Positions 26,801 through 38,800 of a DNA stretch of 64,000 bases are shown here, piece by piece; positions within the stretch are counted from its first letter, which is position 1, and each line of letters begins with the position of its first letter. The position numbers and the translations under genes were made by a program. The notes beneath the pieces were generated by a model. It was not told where the DNA came from, did no database searches, and was given only the letters and a program-made list of their open reading frames with translations. Origin of the DNA: Raja brachyura (lineage: Eukaryota); contig OY740782.1 in NCBI GenBank assembly GCA_963514005.1, forward strand, positions 103,292,001 through 103,356,000. The letters run 5' to 3'.

Positions 26801-29800
26801 TCTGGGCTTCTCTATCCATGCTTTGTGAAATAGCCAAGGTGCCAGACCATCCTCACTCCCTTTATGTGCTCTGCTCTAGCCCCTATGTAACTCTTGCGGG
26901 CCATTTACACAGCAGTTATTTAATTTGCTCCTGCAGGCCCCAAGGGAATCCTACACCACAGCACAAAACAGAGAGGAACACGATATCTCTTCCATTCTTT
27001 ACTTACTTGAGCCCCGCGTGCACCAGCTGCTCCAGGTGGGCCAGAGGCACCAGATTCACCCTGAAGAAGAAAAATGCAAGTTAGTTGATGACAGGAATAA
27101 AAAAGTGATAGCATGAAAACTATCACAATAGGGAGGTCTTGTCCATGATCCAAATGAACGGTAGTGTTTATGTTGGCAGTCACAGAAGAACAATCAGTTC
27201 ATGGAAATTTGAGGCACCGAAAGAGGCCATTCGGCTCACTGTGTTCAGGCTATTCTACATGTTACTCTATTTTCCAACAAGAACACAAGAAATACGGCAC
27301 CGTTCCTGATCATAACTGATCTGACCTCCAAAGTCCATTTCCCGACTGGTTCCACATGATTCTTGATTTAATAAATATGCCTCTTTCAAGTGCGAATGTA
27401 TTTATTGAGCCTAACATTTAGGGTAGCAAATTTCAAAGATTCATAACCCTTGTTACGAGTTTCCATGTTCAGGCAGTAATATCTAGATCCCCAAATATTG
27501 TCTAATTCTTTGACAAAGTGCGCCAAATCTATGTTTTTGACTTTAGTGCTCATAGTGTCAAGGAATGTTACATTGTTCAGCTGCCTAGATATCTCATGAT
27601 TTTAAATATCTCAGTTACATCTCCAGCATAGGTCATTTCTACTCACATCTAACATTCTCTCACCCTGGCCACTTACTTATTATAACACAGAAGGAGGATA
27701 GGAAGCCCACTGAGTCCATGCTGGCTCCCAGCACAATGATACCAGCTGCCCGATTCCCTGACCAATTTTCCCAACAGTTTACTCGCTCTCATATCAACTT
27801 CCCTTTGGTTGTTTTGTCATGATATGGGTTGCATTTATAATAGTTAATTCACCTACCAACTCATCTTTAAGAAGTAAAAGTAAACCATAGTGCTTTGCAG
27901 GAATCCATGCAGTGACAGGGAGATTGCCATTGGAATGTATATGCACCCACCATGCAGGCAGCAACCGAGGTCAGTTTTCAAACCAGGTCTCTGGAGCTGT
28001 GAGCCAATAGCACCACACAGCTCCATGTCACACTAGCTGTACCACCATATCACCCACATCAATATTCTCTGTGCTCTCTCTAATATGTTGTCCAGAATTC
28101 TACTGTGGACAGATCTGTACATAGAAAATAGAAAATAGGTGCAGGAGGAGGCCAATTGACCCTTCGAGCCAACACCGCACAATTGTACAGATTGTGGAAT
28201 AACTAATGCTTTATACATTTGAGCATTATCTCCCTATTTTTATATTGCATGGCTTGATGTATTAAAGCGAGTGTTCTTTCAGCCATCTTAATCACTTTGC
28301 TAAGCTGTCTTGGTACTGTCAGCAGCCCATGGACAAGAACTCCTGGATCTCTCTGCTCTCCATTCCTCTTATGTTAGTCTTCGTCTTGTGCACTGCAAAT
28401 AGTTTCCTAGACATTTAAACTAAATCTCACAGGAATCGAGTGCACTTTCCTCAAATTACATTTAAGTTCGCCGGGCAATGATTGACTGTAACCTGGATAG
28501 CAAAAGTGTACGAGAACTTGAGAAGAGAAATTGTTATGGTAAAGATGACAAGAGCTGATCGATGTAGGTTTTCAGAAACTTACCCTGTCACCAGGTGGGC
28601 CGGCAGGACCAGGAGCACCAGCAGGACCGACAGCACCCTACAGAATAGGAGAGGTACAAAGCCATCAATTTCAGCAGTTTGTACTTTTAGGATAAAGTGG
28701 TATTAAAAACAAAAGAAGGAAAATAATTGTCATCTGAGACATACCCGTGGACCATCCATGCCTGGGTTTCCTTGAGGACCAAATGGACCAATGTCACCCT
28801 ATAAAGACACATATACGATGAGTCAGACGAGGATACTGACAGTAAGAAGCATTATTATTGCACTTTAACATCTCATACATTTTTAAAGAAAATACTTTCA
28901 AGACTGTTCATGGTTTTGTACATTTGTGGAGAATATACAATGACCAAGCAATCAACAGGAAGCCTATAATGCAATAGCAGTAGTTTTCATTCAGATTGGT
29001 GGATACCACACAGTTACTAATCAAGCTTTGCACTTAGCTAGGAAGAAATAAAGCGTAGGAAAATTATACATTTTTAAAGAAAATTAACTTTACCAAAGAT
29101 TGATGAAGATTTACCTTTTCACCCTTCGTGCCAGGGCCTCCAGCACCACCTCTTTCACCCGGCATACCCTGAGAACCTTGAGGTCCTGTATGACCAACGG
29201 GTCCAGTACCACCAGCTTCACCCTAATTGGGGATAACGAACAATGTTGCTGTGTGTTAGTCAATATTTTGTAATCTAATCACTGGAAATCATTTGCTTCT
29301 TGTTACAAAGATATTTTAATGGCAAAGTAGGACCAAGTGCGAAAAATATGCAATATGCAAAAAAGTGTGTGCTCCGGGTAACTGAAAATTAGCTGAGTCT
29401 GTACAAAGGAGTCAGATGAACACCAGTGCAATTTCCAGATGGAAGACTGAAACGCAGGCCAGAATCTTGCTGGCAGCAATACCTGCCTATTCTTGCCTCT
29501 ATCATGGGTCCTGGTTAATTTTAGGCATAGTTTTGGTGTGTGTTTGATGGAAGAAGCTGCTCCAACCTCAGTGCCGAGGTTGTGGAGTCTGTACAGAAAT
29601 CAAATTACTTGGGGTGAAGGCTGAAGACAAACGCCTGTGTAAAATGTTGACAGCCAGCCCTGACCTTAACTGATCATCAAAGCTGTGAATCACTATGAAT
29701 ATTTCTAACATTGAGATGTTCATTATTTTAAAAAAAATCTAACTACTAAACAATTAAAAAAACTCAACTAACATTAAAAGTTGAAACCATTTAAAACACG

Positions 29801-32800
29801 AGGGAAACAATTAAATGATAGGGTGGCATGCTGTGCATCATGCAAACCTGCTGCCTCACAGCTTCAGTGACAAGGCTTCAGTGCCATTTGTGTGGAGTTT
29901 GATGTTCTCTCAGTGAATGTATAGTTTTCCCCAGAGTGCTTTGCTTTCCTCCCAGTCCAAAGACAGCTGGGTTGATAGGTTAATTGAACACTGTAAATTG
30001 CCGCCAGTGTGCAAGCGAGTGATTTTGAGGAGGTTGATGGGGATGAGGGAAGAATGAAAATGGGATTTGTGTAAATAAGTGCTTGATGATTGGCTCACTG
30101 GTGCATGACCCCTGTGATAATATAAATTGAAAAATTATTTAAACATTTAAAAAAGTGATCAAGCTAAAAGTTAAAAAATTAAAAATATTTAACTTCACTG
30201 AAGCAATTAAAAATAACTAAAATTATGAATACTTTGCTCGTTCCTTTGAACACATCCTCCTCCGTTGACTCAATGGAGAGAGCTCCCTACACCAGATTGA
30301 CTTAATGGAGGGAACTTCCTGCACCAGAGGTGATTGCTGCAATTTTGCACTTCAACACTGGACTCAGTTGTAGATGCACAAGTGAAGGACCATGGGAGTT
30401 TGGGACTTCAGTATCTGTACCTGCATATGTAAAAACCTTGAGCCTGCCAGTATTTCTCACAAAAAAAACTGCCTGATGATCAGAACAATTGGACAATTTA
30501 AATATTTTCTCCTTTGCATCCACGACAAGATGTGTGTAAATTATCTTGAATAAATTCAATAAAAACTATGGGAAATGATAATTCCCCAACAAAATAATAT
30601 AACTAACTAGCCAATAGCTTGTTGGAAATAAAGGGTGATGAGTTACTGAAGTAAACAAATATTTAACGTCATACAAATGGAGCAGCTATGTTGGGAATGC
30701 AGTTTAATTCAGTGAAAGGTGGGGGGGAATAACCTCCAATCAAAGGCGAGGGGGTGAATGAGGAGAGCTATCGTAGTCTTCATTTGGCCAGTTTGTTGTT
30801 TTGTGCCGATTTATTGCAACAATTTTTGTTTCCAGCACTTTCCATATATTTTAAGATATGTTTCCTTAATTAAATTAAGCTATATGATATGGTATTATTG
30901 GACCTAACTTCACTCAACTAAATTCACAATTGCCCTAACTACTGAGTCTTTGTAAAATGCAATCATCTCTGAGTGGGAAAAAGATAATTATTTAACAGTG
31001 CATTAAACATGATGATATACAAATATGCTTTTACTCAAATGGTCTGGTTACTTTCCTGCAACCAGGAGTAAACCCTCATTTCAAACATAATTAATATGAT
31101 CTTTAGACTGAAGGAAAATTTACTTCAAATTATTTTTGCCTACTAATGATGCATTTATTTAAACTCAGCACTATATGGAGCAAGTAAAACAAACTGGAGT
31201 AGAACTTACATTCAGAGTACATTGTTTTAAACAAATTATCAGTGAAAGTATTTTGTGAAAGTATTCTGGTATAATGTAACAAATCACATATTAGCTATTC
31301 AGTGAATTTACTTGGATCAAATAAAAAGTTTGTGACATTTGTGCTTAAATTGCACAATGCAAGGCAAGAAACCTTTCATGTTGTCAAAGTACTTTCAGAA
31401 GGTCAGCAACAATAAAATTATTTGCTTTCAACGTACCTTTCCACCATCAGCACCAGGGGAACCTGTGGGACCACGTGCACCAGTAATACCTTGAGGACCA
31501 GTACTGCCTCGTGTACCTGGGAGACCTCGCTCACCCTAAGCAGGGAAATATGAAGAAATTGCTGTAATCATGATGCTATAATACTAAGCTATTTCAGAGG
31601 CCAAAAGCACAAAAGAAACTCGAACTTACTCTGGCTCCAGAAGCACCTTGACTACCAAAGTCACCACGCATACCCTGTGATGAAATAAGAAAGGGATAAG
31701 AAAGATATTTTAACATCACAATGCTAATGAAAATATAATTTTAAATTCCAAAATAAACAAATATGCTACCAACTATATCTGTCAACTAAGATGTGCTTCC
31801 CCTCTGTTTCGTCCTGGTTAAAATCAACCCATTTGGATTCATGAGATATGTTTCAAAAAAGAAACCATACTCCTAAAAATATATAGTGAGCAGTAATAAA
31901 ATAAGATGGCCAGCGTGAATGTTGAGAACATAAATGGCAGCTGGAAGTGCCATCCAGCAGAGTAGACCTGTGGATTAGACAATCCATCTGATTTTCTAGC
32001 TATTGAAATCAAAGCATTGAAAATTGGACAGGCTTGTTTCTTTAAATCATCACACAGATAGTGGTTAAAATCTAAATAAAATGTCTCCAACTGAGTTAAA
32101 TTTGCTCAGTTGAAGACATTTTATTTAGAATTTGCACAAATTTAACTAGTGTTAAATTATTTAGCTGTAATTCACTGATGAAAGACTAGCAGAAAAGATT
32201 GATTCATTACTTGCTGATTTTGATAACTAAATGTAGGGGGATGCATTTTGTTCTCGTCCTATTGCATGTGTACACACTGCTAGTGAGATCAAGATCACAG
32301 ATTTGTGAGCTGTTCTTGTGAACCTTTGGTCATGCTCCCATGGGTATTTCCTATAATGTGATCAGACCTCTTGGTCTTCAAGGCACTGCTTGGAATCTGT
32401 TAAAAAACATTATCTGGCTACATTTATCTAACTATGATTATGAGAGCCAACTGAGCAAACCTGCATGTAGTCTCGTTATGCGTATGAAGCAACTACAGAT
32501 GCTGGTTTAAACCAAAGATAGACACAAAAAACTGGAGCAACTCAGCAGGTCAGGCAGCATCTCTGGGGAAAAGGAACAGGTAAGGTTTAGAGTCTGAAAC
32601 ATCACCTACATTAGTTGCTCCAGCTTTTTGTGTCTATCTGCAGTCCAGTTATGGTGTTTTAAAACAGGCTGCCTATGAACATAGTTCTTCTGAAGGACTG
32701 GGTGTCTGACTCATTACATTTCCAGTACAATCATGTGTGAGGGGTGCAGAAATCACATATGTATTGTACAGTATTTCCCATAGTTCTTTAGCTGGATAAA

Positions 32801-35800
32801 TGTTTACCCTCCCTTTCAAAACATTCAGGTTCAAATAGTTTGATAATATGTTATTTCTTATATGTAAAGTTTTATAGATTAGAGAGTCAATTGTCTCCTT
32901 ACCTTGTCACCTGGTTTACCAGGTTCTCCAACTGCACCAGAAGGACCGGGTAGACCCTAGGGTACCAGTGAGAAAACCCCCCATTAATATTTGGTGAGAG
33001 TACTAACAAATATCAAAGATTTTCATATTGACAAAATCACACGGAGCCGACAAATAATACCCCTTTTTAATGTTTTATATTTATAAAATACTTTAAACTG
33101 ACTTTTCATTTTATGAATTAAAATGGAAAATTCTCGCATGTGAGTGCTTAGTAACTGCACTAAATTTTGAAAGCATTAGGTAGTAGAAAATACTGCTGAA
33201 GATGATAATGCATGAGTTATGTAATTTGATCATTCCCTCTAATAATTTGTCAGTGGAACAAGCATTTAAACAAAGAGGAAATTGAGCATGCAGATGGTAA
33301 TGTGTGTGCATTGATACCATTGAGCATGCAGCTTATGACTAGTGCGAATACACTTAAAAACCTGAATTTTTGTTGCTGATCAGTGATTTACCATTCAGTA
33401 ATATTTAAATATTCCTTTATCATTTTGAGAACAGATTACGTCAATAAAAGAATGGTATTTATCAGGAATATCTGTTTTTTTATGGCATGGTAAACACCAC
33501 TTGCATCTAGGAGGAATTGAAATGTTGCTAATGGACTTTAGATTAGCTCCAGGATGATAGAGGAGTTTACTGTAGGCTAGCTGCAGCCTGCAACCAGTTG
33601 AGGCAATTGACCTCATACTGATTAATTTACTTATTTGGAAATTCCTCTTTCATAACTTACAAAGTGAATCTGTTACATATAATTGACATTATTAACCTAA
33701 AAGTTACTGCAAAGCAAAACAAACATTTGGAAAAATGATTCAATTATTATTGCTCTAATTGCTGCAGCAAAATCAAGCCGAGTTCTATGAGTTAAGGGCC
33801 TGTCCCACTTACGTGTCCTTGGCATGCAAATTACGCGGCCTCGTCGTCGCGTTGAGGTGCACGGGCATCATGTGGCCGCGCGGGGCCAGTCCCACTGAGA
33901 AGCGAGGAGGGGCATGGAGTTGTGCGCGGTATCGCGCGGCACTCCAAAATTTTGTAGCGAACAAAATCTTCGCAGGCCTCCGGCCTGTTACATAACTGAC
34001 AGCCAAAGTGGGACAGGCCCAAGACCCTGGCGCGACACAAAGTCTCACCTCCAACAGCAGAAGTAGGCAAACGATCGCCGAGCTTGGCCTATGGCTCACG
34101 GCCATTGCGGTCCGGATCCGCCCCCATTTCTACTTCAAGAGCGGGGCCAAGAAAATTGAAGATAGACACAAAATGCTGGAGTAACTCAGCGCGACCGGCA
34201 GCATCTCTGGAGAGAAGGAATGGATGACGTTTCGGGTCAAGACCCTTCTTTCAGACTGAAGAATGGTCTCGACCCGAAACATCACCCATTGCTTCTCTCC
34301 AGAGATGCTGCCGGTCCCGCTGAGTTACTCCTGCATTTTGTGCCCATCTTCAAATGAGGTCATGCACTCCAGACGGCTGTGCGAACGCATGAAGCTGCGT
34401 GCGACCTTCACGGAACTGTCATGCCTCAACGCGACCACGAGGTCGCGTATTTAGTGTGCCAAGGACACGGAAATGGGACAGGGGCTTTACACATATGTAT
34501 GAACATCAATTGTCTGCTATGTGTGCAAAAATGTGAATCATTTATTTTAAATTAATTTTCATGCAAACATTTACAACACACATATGTTTTATGACAAAAT
34601 CACTTTACCCATTTTATGAATGTTTTATTGATTACAAAGTTATGTATATTATGTTAGTAAAAAGACATTGAAGTTCAGAATCAAACCTGGAATCCAGAAC
34701 TGCCAGTTGGACCCTGTTCACCCTTTGCTCCAACGGGACCCTTAAGAATAATAACATGGATTTCATCAGTATGACCAAGTTGTTAAGTGTCAACTGTATC
34801 TATGTTGTGAAACGTGTACATATGATTTGGTAATCAATGAAAGTAAATGAACATACTGTAATAATGTTGACATTTTTAAAAAAAACAACGATGTTTATGT
34901 TCACTACATAGTAATGTGCATTAGCTAAAAAATATATTAAATGAACTTAAAATTACCAAGATGTATTTCTTAAGAGTTTAAAACAATATCTTTCATTATA
35001 TATTCCAATCACAATGCATAAATATTAACATTTCACATTAATAAATATACATTGAACTTCTACATACATCATTTACTTCTTGACTTTAAACCAGATTATT
35101 TTAAATGTTTGCAGTTTTTGATTAAGTGGAGGAAACTGAATGTAAATAATGTTTAACATTGGTGATTAACTTTCATGCAACATGTTGTTAAGGCTTATAT
35201 TTGTATCTAAGATCTGCTCTGGAGTTTTCTAGTTTTGTAATGACTTACCACGACACCAATTGCACCTTGAGCTCCACTCTCACCATCTTTGCCAGGTGCA
35301 CCCTGAAATACAAAGTGACCAGAGGAAAATGTTATAATTATATTAATGAACCTTCCTTATTATCACTCCTTAGAGATTGTCAAGTCTGTATTTTTAATAC
35401 TGTAATTTAAACGTCAGAATGAATGGGTAAAATTAATTTAATCACTGTCGTTTTAGGAGATGCTTATGTTTCTATATTCTACAACTAATTTTACTTGAGA
35501 TATAATTGATCAATATCCTTCTCTGAAGGTGGAGATATAGACAACTTTGTAAATGTATTTCTGATCTTCTTCATTCTTTCCTTTTTGTTTAAGAGGTTTA
35601 GCAACATTATTTCATAAGATTACCATATCATATCGATGTAGAAACAAGGAACTGCAGATGCTGGTTTACAAAAAAGACACAAAGTGCTCAGCAGGTCAGG
35701 TCGCATCATTGGAGAACATGGATAGATAACGTTTTGGAATGGGATTGTTCTTCAGACACATATCATGTCTACGATTGCCCATTCTCCTATTGTTGAGGTA

Positions 35801-38800
35801 ATTTTCACCCATTGACTATTGCTTCACCTATAAACCAGGGAGCCTTGAAGGATTGTCTGAAATTGCATTGAATAGCAATTGACTTTTGAGTAATTCTATG
35901 CCAGAGATTTAAGGACCTAATCTATCTGCACTAAGAGACCATGATAAATACTCTTTTAGTTCTGAACTGTTTATGAGGTTAGGAGTGGGTGAGGGAGGTC
36001 TGATCCCTCTTGCTGGTCACTGTGTAATGCAAACAAACTATTTACTACAATCTGAAAATGCCATCCTGTGACCATTTTACGTGTGTAGCTTTCAGCAAGG
36101 GTGTGAACCTGAAAGTAATGGGGCCTTAGTGACTGTGATGTAAGCAGGTACTGCAACCTAACCACCAACCTCAACGTCTGCAACTGAAAATCTACCCCAT
36201 TACTTCAAGGCATTCTTCACTCCTTTGGGAAAATCAACGATGTTTATGTTCACTACATACCAATGTCTATTAGCTAAAAAATATATTAAATGAACTTAAA
36301 ATTACCAAGAAGCATTTCTTATTGGTTAAAACAATATCCTTCATTATATATTCTAATCACAATGCATAAATATTAACATTATTTCACATTAATAAATATA
36401 CGTTGAACTTATACATACTTCATTTACGTCTTGACTTTTGCTATGCAATAACTGTTTATAAATCCTGTTTCCATTGACTGAAATTTCTTGCTTTGCAACA
36501 TTGATCATTCAATTTTATTTCCGTTGAAGTCAAAATGATTTCCGCAATTTCTAAACAACATTATTAATCTTGGAGGAATTTTTGAAATTACACAAGATTG
36601 GACTTTAAAGGCTGGAAGGCATGAGCATTGTCCTTAGTTAACGTTCGTGCAATAAGCCCATTACCCGTGCTATTTTAAATGTGTTAATCTTCTGCTTTGG
36701 AGAAATATTGGAAAAAAGAGTTATAGTTCATCTGTTGATATCAAAATATTAGCTTTTATTCCTACATGCGTCTTAAAAAGTATAAACTTTAACACAAGTG
36801 CACAAAGATAGTGATGTTTGAGTGTATCATGTGTTGGCTTAACACAGTGCATGAAGTAAACCATATCACTGAAACCCTGTGAAACGTAGTGATGACATTA
36901 AACCTACCCTTAGGCCAGCAGGACCAACAGCTCCTCTATCACCAGGTTTACCACCTGCGCCCTGGGAAAGAAGACAAATAGTATTTTATTTTTGGAAAGC
37001 AAACGTTTAGCCATTAATTTGACAAACTAATTGTTTCACATGACTTACAAGATTTGGTTCCGAATTAACATTTGCAGCGTAACTCCTAGACTACCGAGGG
37101 TCGCAGACAGGTGAAGAACATCCAAAAAATGCTTTGATGTACAACACTTCTGCAATCTAGTTGAAGTAAGTGGGATCGGAACTACAATGCCAGAGTGGGC
37201 CCCATAAACCACACCAGATGATGGTCAGCATGAAGTTGACCACCAAGCCCAAACCACCACTTATTTTTGATTATATCTAAATAAAGCCGCCAAAGTTACA
37301 ACCAAAGCACACATACTTATCGTCAGTAAGGAAAGTATTACAATGAACTGAATAAAAATTGTTAGAATTTTAATTTGGAAAGGCTTTAACAGTAGATCAA
37401 TAGTAAAGACCACTCAGAAACCCTTGCAATAATACATTTGACATTCGGTATATATTTGCTGATTATTATATAATAATGTTACTTACAGCAGCGCCTTTGG
37501 GACCAGGGAAGCCCATCATTCCGGCCTGACCTCTTGGACCAGCAGGACCAGGGGGTCCAGCACGACCTTCCTCACCACTTGGACCCTAAAATATATGATC
37601 TTAGACAATGAAACAATGCTCTTCACAAGTTACTGAGGATTATTTTTACAAATGCATGTTTGTTTTACTTCCATGCATGTTATTGATCAATGCAGATATA
37701 TAGATAAAAACTCAATGCTTGTTATTCATCTTTTATTACATAGTAGTTGGTATTATAGCATAAGGTAAATTGCATAACCCTAAAACATTAGTAGGCTTTA
37801 GTTTTTTTTCAAAGTGAAATTATATATTATAGTAAAACATGATTCAGACACCAAAATATGAAAATCAATTGAGGAAGCTATCCACACTAAGTATTCAATG
37901 GGTATTGTGTCCACTGATATATACATTTCAACAAGATTTGTATTTTAAGATACGTGTCTATATATTGGACTGTCAGGAAACTGTGACAGTAAAAGCAATC
38001 AAATTATGACTAGGTTGAAATTCTTTGCAAATGAATCAAAATGAGCAGCTACGGATGAAATGAGGTGGTCAATAACGAGTGCTATTTTGACTCAGACATC
38101 CTCGTGTTGGATTGATTTATTTATTAATTGATTGATTGATTGAAATATACAGATTGGAAACAGGCCCTTTGGCCCACTGAGCCCACACCGACCATCAATC
38201 ACCTGTTCCCCTAGCTCAATGTTACCCCACTTCTGTATGCACGGCCTGTATGTTCAGGGCAATTTGCAAAAGGCTAAGTAACCTCCAAACCAGCATATCT
38301 TTGGGAGGTTGGAGGAAACCTGCTGGAAACTGGGGCGAACGTGCACATCCACACAGACAGCACCCAAAGTCAGAATCAAAACCAGTTCTTTGGTGCTGTG
38401 AGGCAGCAGCTCCACCAGCCGTGCCACCCCACATATGCATCTTAGATTTCAAACAACATTCAAAATGTTGCCCACATGATGCTTCAAATATAAAAATGGC
38501 AATACATTCTCAACAAAGTTATTGTTAAGTGTTGCCTTTTATTCACCAAAAGTTGTTCCTGAAATTGTTGTTGTGTTTTGACAGTCTTAGATACTTTTTG
38601 GCTGTGTTGTAAAATTTTTTCTAAGTGATCACCAACAATTTGTCAAATTAGTTTGTCAAATATACATGATTTGCATGTGGATTCTTAAATCTTTAGGTAA
38701 TTACTAAGACAAAACAGTTAACGCTTTGATTTATTGTTAATTATGAATTGCAATTTTTGTGCTGAACACATAATTAATAGATAAATAGTTAAGTTAAATG

